A stretch of 64,000 bases of DNA. It comes from an uncultured Pseudomonadota bacterium. Its GTDB lineage: Bacteria; Pseudomonadota; Gammaproteobacteria; Burkholderiales; JALYOK01. The DNA is taken from assembly GCA_963714525.1 (NCBI GenBank), contig CAVQPB010000005.1, positions 275,824 to 339,823 on the forward strand, given 5' to 3'. Below the pieces are notes generated by a model that saw only the letters and a program-made list of their open reading frames with translations, searched no databases and had not been told where the DNA came from. The translations under genes and the position numbers were made by a program. Numbering within the stretch: the first letter of the stretch is position 1; every line of letters starts with the position of its first letter. Shown one piece after another: positions 24,941-35,166 of the stretch.

Positions 24941-27694
24941 ATGTCCATCGAGCCCGGCCTAACCTCCAGCGTTGCGCCGGGCTCGAATCTTTTACAAGCC
25001 GCATCCGCGGCGATTCTTGCGCGCGAGCGCGCGCCGGATTTGTCCGGCGCCGTCGTCATTGTTCCTAGCCTCTACGTCGTGCAGCCGTTACAACAGGCAT
25101 TGCAGCGCACAGCCAACCGCGCCGCGCTGCTGCTTCCGACCATCACCACATTGACGCTTTGGGCGGAGTCCATCTCCCTGCACAAAACCGCGGCGCCGGA
25201 GAGTCGCCGCTTAGCATGGGTCTATGGCGCGCTGCGTCGTGCTGACTGGTTTCCCGACCTCGATCTGTGGCAAGTGGCGGCGGAGATCCTCGCGCTTATC
25301 GATGGCTGTGCGCGTCATGGCGTGGCGTTGCCGGAGGACGCGGACGACTTTCAACGGGTGGTGCGGCAAGCCCTGCGTGCAACGGAGAACCACGCGATCC
25401 AATTCGAAGCGCGGCTCGTGCATGAACTGTGGCGCGCGCTACAAGGCGATGGCGCCGAGATCGACCGCCACGGCGCTTACCGATTGCGCCTTACGGAGCT
25501 CGCCGCCGGTGCTGTTGCCCCGCTTTACGTCGTGGGTTTGGCGGATATCACCGCGGCGGAAGAGCAATTTTTTCAGCGTTATGCGCAGCACCAACCGGTG
25601 CATTTGATAAGTGCGGACGACGTCGCGAGCATGGCCCATTCGCCGCTGTTTGCCTTACTGCATAGCGCTTGGGACGACGACGAAGAGTCGCCGGCGTTAA
25701 TGATGCGGGCAAGGGCTTTCGCTCAGACCCATCATGCCAGTCCAGCGCCATCGCTGCGCATGTTCGCCGCGAAAAGTTTGGAGCAGGAAGCAACCGCCGT
25801 TGAACTCACCGTTCGCCGCTGGCTACACGAAGGCAAGAACTCGATCGCCATCATCGCGCAAGACCGTTTGACGGCGCGGCGTGCCCGCGCGCGCCTGGAA
25901 CGCGCGCAAATTCTCATCGCCGACGAAAGCGGCTGGACCCTGTCCACCACCACGGCGAGCAGTGTGGCCATGCGCTGGCTCGATGTGATCGCCGGTGACT
26001 TTTACTTCCGCGACGTGCTCGATTTTCTGCATTCACCATTCATCCTCGGCGATCTCGACGAAGGAGAGCGACGCATCGTCGTCGCGCGGTTGGAAACGCT
26101 GTTGATCGGCGCGAACTATATCGATGGACTGCATAAGCTACGTACTATTTTCGAACGTTCGGACTTATCGCCCACGGCATCCCAGCTCGCCACTTCTCTG
26201 TTCGCAAGTGCCCAGCGTTTTGGCCGTAAGCCGCGTCCGTTATCCGGTTGGTTGCGCGCCCTGCTCGACAGTTTGCAGCAACTGGGCGCAGCCTCCACTT
26301 TACGCCTGGATGCCGCCGGCATCGATTTATTGCACTTATTGCAAAGCCTTGCTATCGAGCTAGAAGGGGAGAATGAAAACTACAGCTTGAGCGAATGGCG
26401 GCGTTGGTTCGATCGTCAATTGGAGGACGCCAACTTTCGCGATGCGGCGATAGAAAGTCCCGTGGTGCTGACTCACCTTGGGCTCACCGATGGCCGTACC
26501 TTCGACGGCGTGATCCTGCTCGGAGCGGATGCGGATCATCTACCATCGCCGGTCAATAACGGCTTGTTCAACGATGCGGTGCTGCGTCAACTTGGGTTGC
26601 CGAGCCGCAAGGCACAGCACGATCTGGAGCGGCGGCGGCTCATGCATGTTCTCGCCCATTCAGACGCGGCACTGATCACCTGGCGAGCGGCCAAGGGCAA
26701 TGAGCCTAACTCGCCATCGGCCTATTGGGCGCGGTTAATTGCATTCCATGGCGTAGCCTACGGCGCAGACTTAGCGGACAGTCAACTAGCGTCCTTGCTC
26801 GATGCGTTGCCAGCCACATTCAACGCAGGGGAGCGGATCGGTGTGGCGGCGATGCCCCGCCCCAGCGCGCCGGTCCTCGTCCCCGACACGCTATCGGCTT
26901 ACGACTACGGCAGCCTTATTGCCTGCTCTTATCAATTTTTCGTGCGGCGCATGCTGGCGCTACGCGAGGAAGACGACGTGTTGGAGGCGATGGAGAAGAA
27001 AGACTATGGCGAATTGGTGCATCGCATCTTGGCCGAATTCCATCAACGTTTTCCCGTTGTTTCCATAGCCGATGACGCAGTCCTCCTCACAGCGCTGCAT
27101 CAGATCAGCGAAAGGATTTTCCTAACTGCACCGCAGAGTGATTATTCTGCGCGGGCATGGCATTTGCGATGGCAACAGCTCATTCCGGCATATCTAGCGT
27201 GGCAACGCGAGCGCGAGCATCAAGGCTGGCGATGGCAGGCGAGCGAGGTGACATGCGAAACTCCACTCGAACTTGCATCGGGCAAGACCGTGCGGTTACG
27301 TGGCCGTGTCGACCGCATCGACATGCGGCGCGACGAATCAAACGAAGTATATTTCGCCGTGCTGGATTACAAGACCGGTAGCCGCGATGGTTTGAAGAAG
27401 CGCGCCGCTAATCCCGATGAAGACGGCCAGTTGCCTTTTTACGGCATCATCGCTGACCCCGCTCCGAGCGAGCTCGCCTATGTCGGCGTAGACAACGATC
27501 CGATTGCTGCGTATGCCATGTCTGGCGATGCGGGCTCAATTGCCGCGGATCACCGGCAACGGTTACAGCAAACCTTGAGCGACATCGCGGCGGGTAAGGG
27601 TTTACCTGCGCAGGGAGTCGACACCGTCTGCAACTACTGCGAAGCCCATGGCGTGTGCCGCAAGCGATTTTGGGACGATGGCGATGGCAGTTGA
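24941..27694 (+). CDS. addB: AddB-like subunit with a PD-(D/E)xK nuclease domain
   Basis: C-terminal RGRVDRID...LDYKTG; Fe-S Cys residues (ACSY; CNYC...C). Confidence 0.85.
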   Translation: MSIEPGLTSSVAPGSNLLQAASAAILARERAPDLSGAVVIVPSLYVVQPLQQALQRTANRAALLLPTITTLTLWAESISLHKTAAPESRRLAWVYGALRRADWFPDLDLWQVAAEILALIDGCARHGVALPEDADDFQRVVRQALRATENHAIQFEARLVHELWRALQGDGAEIDRHGAYRLRLTELAAGAVAPLYVVGLADITAAEEQFFQRYAQHQPVHLISADDVASMAHSPLFALLHSAWDDDEESPALMMRARAFAQTHHASPAPSLRMFAAKSLEQEATAVELTVRRWLHEGKNSIAIIAQDRLTARRARARLERAQILIADESGWTLSTTTASSVAMRWLDVIAGDFYFRDVLDFLHSPFILGDLDEGERRIVVARLETLLIGANYIDGLHKLRTIFERSDLSPTASQLATSLFASAQRFGRKPRPLSGWLRALLDSLQQLGAASTLRLDAAGIDLLHLLQSLAIELEGENENYSLSEWRRWFDRQLEDANFRDAAIESPVVLTHLGLTDGRTFDGVILLGADADHLPSPVNNGLFNDAVLRQLGLPSRKAQHDLERRRLMHVLAHSDAALITWRAAKGNEPNSPSAYWARLIAFHGVAYGADLADSQLASLLDALPATFNAGERIGVAAMPRPSAPVLVPDTLSAYDYGSLIACSYQFFVRRMLALREEDDVLEAMEKKDYGELVHRILAEFHQRFPVVSIADDAVLLTALHQISERIFLTAPQSDYSARAWHLRWQQLIPAYLAWQREREHQGWRWQASEVTCETPLELASGKTVRLRGRVDRIDMRRDESNEVYFAVLDYKTGSRDGLKKRAANPDEDGQLPFYGIIADPAPSELAYVGVDNDPIAAYAMSGDAGSIAADHRQRLQQTLSDIAAGKGLPAQGVDTVCNYCEAHGVCRKRFWDDGDGS

Positions 27695-30600
27695 GCAAGC
27701 ATCGCTGTTAGACGCACTCGACCCTGACTTTAGTGTTGTAGTCGAAGCCTGTGCCGGCTCCGGCAAGACTTGGCTATTGGTGTCCCGGATCGTGCGGCTG
27801 CTGCTGGCCGGCGTGGACCCAAGCGAGATACTCGCCATTACCTTCACGCGCAAAGGCGCGCGGGAAGTCCAGGAACGGCTGAACGCGTGGTTGCAAGATT
27901 TGGCGACTCACCCCGACGATGAATGGGTGAAGAATTTCCTGGTTGAGCGTGGCGTGAACGGCGCTGATGCATTGCTGCCGCAGGCGCGCGGCCTATTCGA
28001 AAAAGTCTTGGCCGCCCGACCGGGAATCAAAATCAACACCTTTCACGGTTGGTTCGCGGATCTAGTGCAGCGAGCGCCGTTGCAGGCTGGGGTTGCCAAG
28101 GGCTTTGCGTTGACCGAGGCGGTACAGGCACTGGAGCAAGAGGCCTGGCAACGCTATGCACTGTCTCTAGCCGAGTCGGAAACGAGTTTGCAGCAAGCGG
28201 CGTTGGATGATCTGTTCCGCCAACATGGGTTAAGCAACACCCGCAAGCTGCTCGCTAACTTTCTCGCCAAGCGTGCCGAGTGGTGGCGTTATACCGCTGG
28301 GCAAACGGATCCGGTGGAATTTGCCTTAGAACAACTCGCGTCTCAGACTAATGTCAATCTCGGCGAGGATCATGCCGCCGCTCTCTATGCTGATGTGGGA
28401 TTCGATGACGCTTTGACTAATCTAGTTACCGCGTTGGAAGCGGGTGGAAAATCCCAGCAAAAGCTGGTTGCTGAACTCAACCTTGTGTGTGCCAATGTCA
28501 TGCCTGGGGAAAGATTCTCGGCGATGATGGACTTGATTTTCACCCAGGCACATACACTGCGCGCTGCGTTGCAAAAGTTTTGTATCAAAAGCGGCGAACG
28601 CGCAGCCCAAGCGCTTGCGATCGTGAGCGAGAAAATGTTGAGTGCACATCATAACTTGACCGAACAACGCATGCTGCGTTCGCATCGATCGGCATTTACT
28701 GCCGGCCATGGCTTGCTGCAACACTACCAACAACTGAAGACCGAGCGCGGACTATTCGATTTTACCGACGTGGAGTATGCGGCGTACACCTTGCTGCGGC
28801 ATTCGGATTATGCCGAGTACATGCAATATAAACTCGATGCGCGCTATCGGCATATTTTGCTCGACGAGTTTCAAGACACCAATCCGCTGCAGTGGATGAC
28901 GTTGCAGGCGTGGCTGCAAGCCTCATCCGATGCGGATCTCAGGCCGACGGTGTTTTTAGTCGGTGATCCGAAGCAGTCGATCTTTCATTTCCGTCGCGCC
29001 GATGCGCGTTTATTTCGCCACGCGGCGGAGTTTTTAACGCGTGAGTATGACGCGATCATCTTGCAACAGAATGTGTCGCGCCGCAGCGGCGCCGCCGTAT
29101 TGGATGCGGTGAACAACGTTTTCGCACGCGCGAAACAGTTGAGCGGGTTTACACCCCATCGAGCGTACGACGAAAAGTTGCCGAGCGCGGTGCATCTGCT
29201 GCTGCTGCCGGCTGTGGCCGACGGCGGCGCACAGTCGTCTTCGCCTGGGGACGGATTACGCGATTTACTCGCGCTGCCGCAACTGAGCGAGGCTGATGTC
29301 CGGCGTGTCTTGGAGGCTGGCGAGCTGGCACGCGGTATTCAATTCATGATCGCGACCTGGCAAGTTCAGGAGGACGGCAAGCGCCGGCCGGCGGAATATC
29401 GCGACGTGATGATCTTAACGCGCAGCCGCACACAATTGCACCGCTACGAATTTGCCCTGCGCGCCGCGGGTATTCCGTACGTCAGCGCGCGCCAAGGCGG
29501 TTTATTGAATAGTTTGGAAGCGCAGGACTTGATGGCCTTGTTGCAATTCTTATTGCGGCCCAGCGACGATCTGAGCTTGGTTCATGCACTGCGGGCGCCG
29601 ATCTTCGATTGCACCGACGATGATTTGATTGCACTGGCCCAAGCGCCCGGCGCCGATTGGTGGCGGCGGCTCACGGCCATCGCCGCCACGGCATCGTCCG
29701 CGCTCACCCGAGCTCACGGGTATCTCGCGCGCTGGTTGGACCGAGCGCCGCATTTGCCGGTGCACGATCTGCTCGATCGCATTTACTTCGAATCGGATCT
29801 GGAGCGGCGTTACGGCCTCGCTGTGCCTCAGGCCATGGCGCAGTTAGTCCAAGCGAATTTGCTTGCGTTTATGGAACTCAGCCTCACGCTAGACAGCGGA
29901 CGCTATCCGAGCCTAAGTCGTTTTCTTGAAGACTTGAAGGCGTTACAACATGCGCGCGATATCGAAGCGCCGGACGAAGGCACGCTGGCCGAGGTAGGCA
30001 ACGCGGTGCGCATCCTTACGATTCATGGGGCGAAAGGGTTGGAAGCGCCGATCGTCTGGATCATCGATGCGACGTCCCGGCCGAAGCCGACGGATTCCTA
30101 TGACGTACTAGTGACATGGCCTACGGGCATGGAGCGGCCGCAGCATTTCAGTTTTCTCACCACGAAAAGCGAACGTGGCGTGGCGCGTGAAACCTACCTT
30201 GCGGAAGAAGCGAGCATACGCGAGCAAGAGGACGCGAATCTGCTCTACGTCGCGATGACGCGGGCGAAGCAGTATCTAATCGTCAGCGGTAACCAAGTAG
30301 GTTCCGCCGCGGGAAGTTGGTATGAGGCACTGTCGAGTGCGATGTCGCAGAGCGAATTGGCGAGGGCGATGTCGCCGACCTCAGCGCTGGTAGACGTTGC
30401 GGACCAGGGAGTGGTTCGACCTACAATTGAATTGCCCGATTGGTACACCCGGCCTTTGCCCTACGGTGAGCGGAAGTTATCCACGCCTGACCGGCATCGC
30501 GAATACGGCATCAAGCTCCACGCCTTGCTGGAAGCGGCGCGAGGTGGCGAGGTCTCGGAAACTAAGGCCATGCAGTTGTTGTGGAATGAAGACGAGGGCA

Positions 30601-30941
30601 CGCGAGCAGTGTTGTTACATCATGCACAAGCTATTCTGCGTGCACCTCACCTGCAAAGATTTTTTGACGCGCGTTTCTTTCTTAGCGCACGCAATGAGGT
30701 AGCATTAATCGATAGCGAAGGTGAGTTGCTGCGCGTCGACCGCATCGTCGAGTTTGACGACAATGTCTGGATATTGGATTATAAAAGCGCGGCGAGCAAG
30801 GCGGCTCGCGCATCCGAATTCATGGCCGATTATCGAATGCAACTGCTGCGCTATCGGCACGCCATGGCGAACATCTATCCTGACAAATCACTGCACTGTG
30901 GTTTGATTTTCGGCGATGGGGTTCTAGAGGAGATTCATTAG
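27678..30941 (+). CDS. addA: AddA-like UvrD helicase-nuclease
   Basis: ACAGSGKT, LLDEFQDT, VGDPKQSI, TIHGAKGLE, YVAMTRA and RVDRI...LDYK. Confidence 0.9.
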   Translation: MAMAVEQASLLDALDPDFSVVVEACAGSGKTWLLVSRIVRLLLAGVDPSEILAITFTRKGAREVQERLNAWLQDLATHPDDEWVKNFLVERGVNGADALLPQARGLFEKVLAARPGIKINTFHGWFADLVQRAPLQAGVAKGFALTEAVQALEQEAWQRYALSLAESETSLQQAALDDLFRQHGLSNTRKLLANFLAKRAEWWRYTAGQTDPVEFALEQLASQTNVNLGEDHAAALYADVGFDDALTNLVTALEAGGKSQQKLVAELNLVCANVMPGERFSAMMDLIFTQAHTLRAALQKFCIKSGERAAQALAIVSEKMLSAHHNLTEQRMLRSHRSAFTAGHGLLQHYQQLKTERGLFDFTDVEYAAYTLLRHSDYAEYMQYKLDARYRHILLDEFQDTNPLQWMTLQAWLQASSDADLRPTVFLVGDPKQSIFHFRRADARLFRHAAEFLTREYDAIILQQNVSRRSGAAVLDAVNNVFARAKQLSGFTPHRAYDEKLPSAVHLLLLPAVADGGAQSSSPGDGLRDLLALPQLSEADVRRVLEAGELARGIQFMIATWQVQEDGKRRPAEYRDVMILTRSRTQLHRYEFALRAAGIPYVSARQGGLLNSLEAQDLMALLQFLLRPSDDLSLVHALRAPIFDCTDDDLIALAQAPGADWWRRLTAIAATASSALTRAHGYLARWLDRAPHLPVHDLLDRIYFESDLERRYGLAVPQAMAQLVQANLLAFMELSLTLDSGRYPSLSRFLEDLKALQHARDIEAPDEGTLAEVGNAVRILTIHGAKGLEAPIVWIIDATSRPKPTDSYDVLVTWPTGMERPQHFSFLTTKSERGVARETYLAEEASIREQEDANLLYVAMTRAKQYLIVSGNQVGSAAGSWYEALSSAMSQSELARAMSPTSALVDVADQGVVRPTIELPDWYTRPLPYGERKLSTPDRHREYGIKLHALLEAARGGEVSETKAMQLLWNEDEGTRAVLLHHAQAILRAPHLQRFFDARFFLSARNEVALIDSEGELLRVDRIVEFDDNVWILDYKSAASKAARASEFMADYRMQLLRYRHAMANIYPDKSLHCGLIFGDGVLEEIH

Positions 30942-30984
30942 TTGGCTTAAGCCAGATTACCCGGCGTCGCTTACCGTGGCGCCA

Positions 30985-31057
30985 CGCCAGGAGCCGCGCG
31001 CAGGCTTGCTGTCAGGGTAGGCATTGCCAAGAACAAGGCTGGGTGCGGTTTCTGGCG
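30985..31057 (-). repeat. About 73-bp palindromic repeat family, copy 1
   Basis: The reverse complement resembles 47582-47652 and 56640-56712. Confidence 0.55.
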
Positions 31058-31204
31058 ATGTCGTTTTTAAAATGATGTGGATCAAGCGCAGCGGATCCAC
31101 CGATAGGCGGTTAATCAATTGCAGGAAAGCAGATCCTTCAGTTCGTTCAGGATGACAGTGGGATTAGTGGATCCGGCGCTGAGCGCCTTGATCCACTACA
31201 AGAA

Positions 31205-31591
31205 TTATCCGGTGACGATGTCCGTGCGGGTGCTATCGACAATGGCTGCGAGTTCACCGACTTCTTGCGCGGGAATGCCGAACTTTTTCGCGGTTTGGCC
31301 AAAATCGTCGAGGAACGCATCCCATTCGTCTTGCGTGATTTTAAGGTGAGCGTGGGAGTCCTTCATGTTGCGGCCGGTGTATTGTTGCGGCCCGCCCGTA
31401 GCCCAGCACACCATCTCGGTGACCAGATACTTGAATCCGGCCGGTGGGACTTTGTGATGGGCGTGATCGACCAGCGGATTTTTGTTCAAGCGCGGGTCCG
31501 TCATTACCCGATCGATGAAATCGTCGATCACTGTGGCGATGGCGTATACGCCGCCTAGCCTTTCGTATAAAGATTTCTCATTCGCTGACAT
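31205..31591 (-). CDS. Group I truncated hemoglobin
   Basis: SLYERLGG, GGPQQYTGRNMKDSH (proximal His) and KIT..EW. Confidence 0.92.
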   Translation of the reverse strand: MSANEKSLYERLGGVYAIATVIDDFIDRVMTDPRLNKNPLVDHAHHKVPPAGFKYLVTEMVCWATGGPQQYTGRNMKDSHAHLKITQDEWDAFLDDFGQTAKKFGIPAQEVGELAAIVDSTRTDIVTG

Positions 31592-31701
31592 CTTCTCCTC
31601 CATTTAACGCTTATTAATTAAGTGTGATCCAGTGCGAAATTTACCGAGAAATCCCTCAACCCGCAACTGGCCCTAAGCCATCGCCTAGAAACTTTAACTG
31701 T

Positions 31702-31755
31702 TGTCATTGCGAGCCCTTCGCTACGCTTGAGGGTGAACTCTGCGAAGCAATCTCG
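31702..31755. repeat. GTCATTGCGAG...GAAGCAATCTC-type REP
   Basis: tgtcattgcgagcccttcgctacgcttgagggtgaactctgcgaagcaatctc. Confidence 0.6.
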
Positions 31756-31759
31756 CCCT

Positions 31760-32179
31760 TTACTCGGTGAGAGGTTGAAGCGTGGCCACGGCAATGACCC
31801 AGTAACGCACAAATTTTCCGATCGCCATGAAGACGATGCATTGCCAGACATTAAACCGCAGCCAGCCCGCCGCCACGCAAAGCGGATCGCCGATCCATGG
31901 CAACCAAGCCAATAACAGGACGGGGCTGCCGTAGCGCTTGACGCGCTGAATCAAAGTTCGTGCCGGTAGGGCTTTACCCTCGGGCAGGAAACGGCCGATT
32001 GCGTAAGAGGTTACCCCGCCCAAGGTATTGCCGATTGTTGCCGTGACTAGCGCCGGCCAAAACAACGCGGCGTTGTACTTCAATACCCCGAACAATACGA
32101 CTTCGGAGCTGATGGGTAAGACCGAACCAGCGAGGAAGCTTGAGAGAAACAAGCCCGCCAAAGCGCTTCCCGTCACCAT
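31760..32179 (-). CDS. YqaA/DedA (VTT-domain) membrane protein
   Basis: FLAGSVLPISSE, GNTLGG and LPWIGDPLCVAAG...GKFVRY. Confidence 0.9.
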   Translation of the reverse strand: MVTGSALAGLFLSSFLAGSVLPISSEVVLFGVLKYNAALFWPALVTATIGNTLGGVTSYAIGRFLPEGKALPARTLIQRVKRYGSPVLLLAWLPWIGDPLCVAAGWLRFNVWQCIVFMAIGKFVRYWVIAVATLQPLTE

Positions 32180-32384
32180 GAATTATTTCGCTGCAACGGC
32201 GTTTTGAATTCGATGAAATGAAAAATCAAGCGGGAATGGGCTGGTCGTCTTGGGGCCTCACTTTAGCACGGGCTCGCCTCGAATCATGAAGCGAATGCAC
32301 GATCGCGGTGCGCATGATTCACGGTGGTGCTCAAACAATGTCTTTTCTTCGATTTTTTTTGCAAGATAAATATCGGCTGATTCT

Positions 32385-32471
32385 CGCTACATATCCTCCA
32401 AATGCGGCGTCACCATTTTTCCTTCGCGCCTTGTCTTGCTTAGAACTCGAAATAAATCAGAGCTTCCCTAG
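32385..32471 (-). mobile_element. MITE-like element, copy B (partial)
   Basis: About 87 bp near-identical to the reverse complement of 33571-33660; contains the stop codon of the radical SAM gene. Confidence 0.75.
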
Positions 32472-33550
32472 AACAAGGATAGTTGGCCGGTCGCAGCGGT
32501 CGGTGCTTTAAATTGAGAGTTGTCCAGCGCTCGCCGTTCTTGATTGAGCCCCAGCCGCTGGCTGGCGATATCGAAGCGTCTCTTCAATAGGTTCGCAAAC
32601 TCACCCTCGCCGCGCATGCGGCTGCCGAAATTCGGATCGTTGTCCTTGCCGCCGCGCATTTGGCGGATGATGCTCATGACGTGTTTGGCCCGTTGCGGAA
32701 AATGCTGCTCCAGCCATTCCGCGAATAGCGTTTTCACTTCGAACGGTAGGCGAACCAGAATGTAGGCCGCCGATTCGGCGCCGTTTTCTTTTGCCTGCTC
32801 AAGAACCGTTTCCATATCCTTGTCCGTCAGCGCCGGGATCACGGGTGCGACGATGACGCCGGTTGGAATGCCTGCGGCGCTCAAGGCGCGGACCGCTTCC
32901 ATGCGTCGCATCGGCGCGCTGGTGCGGGGTTCGAGGTGACGGGAGATGTCGTGGTCCAGCGTGGTAATCGAGACAAATACGCGCGCCAAATTACGCTTGG
33001 CCATCGCGCTCAAGATGTCGATGTCCCGTTCGACCAGCGCCGACTTGGTGACGATGGAAACCGGATGGTTAAACTCGTTCAGCACCCTCAATATCGACCG
33101 TGTGACGCCCAGTTTCTTTTCGATGGGTTGATAGGGATCCGTGTTGGCGCCGAGCGCGATGACTTGCGGCCGATACCTGGGCTTGCGGAGTTCCTTGGTG
33201 AGCAACTCCGCTGCGTTATCCTTATAGAACAACTTCGTTTCGAAATCCAGACCGGGCGATAACCCAAGGTAGGCGTGGGCGGGGCGGGCATAGCAATAAA
33301 TGCAGCCGTGCTCGCAGCCTTTATAGGGATTGATGGAACGATCGAAAGGAATATCGGGCGATTCGTTATAGCTGATGATAGTTCGCGCCGGATCGACTCG
33401 GACTTCGGTTTTCAGTGGCGCGGCTTCTTCGGTTAGCAACGCATGGTCGAGATGATCGCCGTCCGCTTCGCGGGTCCAAGCATCGAAGCGCGCTCCGGGT
33501 CGGCTTACGGCGCCACGGCCTTTGAAGGATTTTTGTGTCGGATCGTTCAC
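32468..33550 (-). CDS. Radical SAM protein, PA0069/Rv2578c family
   Basis: SINPYKGCEHGCIYCYARP (CxxxCxxC) and GANTDPYQP. Confidence 0.92.
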   Translation of the reverse strand: MNDPTQKSFKGRGAVSRPGARFDAWTREADGDHLDHALLTEEAAPLKTEVRVDPARTIISYNESPDIPFDRSINPYKGCEHGCIYCYARPAHAYLGLSPGLDFETKLFYKDNAAELLTKELRKPRYRPQVIALGANTDPYQPIEKKLGVTRSILRVLNEFNHPVSIVTKSALVERDIDILSAMAKRNLARVFVSITTLDHDISRHLEPRTSAPMRRMEAVRALSAAGIPTGVIVAPVIPALTDKDMETVLEQAKENGAESAAYILVRLPFEVKTLFAEWLEQHFPQRAKHVMSIIRQMRGGKDNDPNFGSRMRGEGEFANLLKRRFDIASQRLGLNQERRALDNSQFKAPTAATGQLSLF

Positions 33551-33570
33551 GTTAGGTCGAGCTCATTCGA

Positions 33571-33719
33571 TTAAGGAAGCTCTGATTTATTTCGAGTTCC
33601 AAGCAAGACAAGGCGCGAAGGAAAAATGGTGACGCGGCATATGGGTGATATGTAAGGAACCATTTTTCCTGAGCAACGCAGGATTGCGACGAAATCGGAA
33701 TAAATCAGAGCTTCCTTAA
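33571..33719 (+). mobile_element. MITE-like element, copy C (complete, 149 bp)
   Basis: 25-bp TIR TTAAGGAAGCTCTGATTTATTYCGA, 24/25 match. Confidence 0.85.
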
Positions 33720-33754
33720 TGGATTGTACGCCTACGTCGGCGTAAAATCGTGTC

Positions 33755-34547
33755 ATGCTCATCGCGCAAATCACCGATCTTCACGTCACACCCCGCGGCG
33801 AGTTACTGCAGGGGCGAGTCGACACGGCTGGTTATTTAGAAAAGGCTGTGGCGAAGTTGTCAGCCATGAAACCCAAACCGGATGTGGTATTGATCACCGG
33901 CGATTTAGTGGAAAACGGTGCGGCGGAGGAATATAAATTGCTACGCAGTATCATCAAGCCGCTGGCCATGCCCGTTTATGTGATACCGGGAAATCACGAC
34001 GATCGCGAAACCATGCAGCTGTGAATTCGACGATCACCACTATCTTCCTAAGCAGGGTTTTTTGCATTTCGCCGTCAACGATTTTCCGCTACGGCTGATC
34101 GGCCTGGATACGGTGATTCCTCACAAAACCGAAGGTGAGATGTGCTCTAAGCGCCTTGCCTGGCTGGAAGCAACGCTGGACGAAGCGCCAAAACAGCCGA
34201 CGTTGATCTTCATGCATCATCCGCCGTTCGCAACGGGGATCACTCACATGGATAACTTCGGCCTGCTGAACCCGACGCCATTTGCCCAGATCATCGCGCG
34301 CCATCCACAAGTGGAACGCATCGTCTGCGGCCACGTACATCGCGCGATTCAAGCCAAGTTTGCCGGAACCCTCGCGCTCACTTGTCCGAGCGCCGCCCAT
34401 CAAATCCATTTCGATATGGCAATCGACGCACCCGCCGCATTCACGTTCGAGCCGGCCGGCCTGATGCTTCACCTGTGGAATGGGCGGTCACTCGCGACCC
34501 ATACGCTCTACACTGAGCATTTTGACGGGCCGTTTCTCTACGAGTAG
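33755..34547 (+). pseudogene. Metallophosphoesterase (CpdA/GpdQ-like) with one +1 frameshift at about 34020 (possible artefact)
   Basis: TDLH, TGDL, GNHD, MHHPP and CGHVH. Confidence 0.85.
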
Positions 34548-34554
34548 TCAGTCC

Positions 34555-34684
34555 GTAGGGCGGAAAAGCGTAGCGCCTTCCGCCGTATGGGTGTTGTTAT
34601 GTTCGCCTACTGTCGCTATCGAATTCCGCGGGTAGAGATTGACCCGTTGCATACGGCGGAAGGCGCTACGCTTTTCCGCCCTAC
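34555..34684. repeat. GTAG-family REP doublet, perfect 35-bp inverted repeat
   Basis: gtagggcggaaaagcgtagcgccttccgccgtatg (34555-34589) and its reverse complement (34650-34684). Confidence 0.9.
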
Positions 34685-34895
34685 AGTCCTATGATTAAAT
34701 AGTCACTGCTTTGGAAGCCAAGTCCAGCTTGGCTTCTGGCAGGGTATGTCGTGCGATCCAATATCCACGCGCCTTCTGGCGATGCCTCGAATCGAAAATC
34801 TTACGCTGCTTGAGAAAAAACCTGTCCTGCGCGATAATAATGGGCTTAGTTACGACCACATCCGCCGTAACGTATATTCAGAAAGGTCTCCTGCT

Positions 34896-35099
34896 ATGAA
34901 AACCGGCATCCATCCCGATTACAAAGAAATCAACGTGACTTGCAGTTGCGGCAACGCGTTTAAGACCAGTTCCACCATGGGAAAAGATTTGCATGTGGAA
35001 GTTTGCTCTGCCTGCCATCCTTTCTACACGGGGAAACAGAAGATTGTCGATACCGCCGGCCGGGTCGAGAAATTCCGTCAGAAATACGCGCTCAAATAA
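34896..35099 (+). CDS. rpmE: 50S ribosomal protein L31, zinc-binding type
   Basis: [23 protein letters not shown] and GRVEKF. Confidence 0.97.
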   Translation: MKTGIHPDYKEINVTCSCGNAFKTSSTMGKDLHVEVCSACHPFYTGKQKIVDTAGRVEKFRQKYALK

Positions 35100-35116
35100 G
35101 CGCTTCTTGGTAAACT

Positions 35117-35145
35117 AAAGGCAGCTTCGGCTGCCTTTTTGTTTT
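35117..35145 (+). terminator. Intrinsic terminator after rpmE
   Basis: aaaggcagc-ttcg-gctgccttt followed by a T tract. Confidence 0.85.
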
Positions 35146-35166
35146 GCGGACTCGGAGGAGAGTGCA

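Noticed and set aside
34746-34895. N-terminal extension of L31 shown in the ORF track
   Set aside because: The canonical MKTGIHP start at 34896 has an upstream aaagg RBS, and the extension covers the promoter region.
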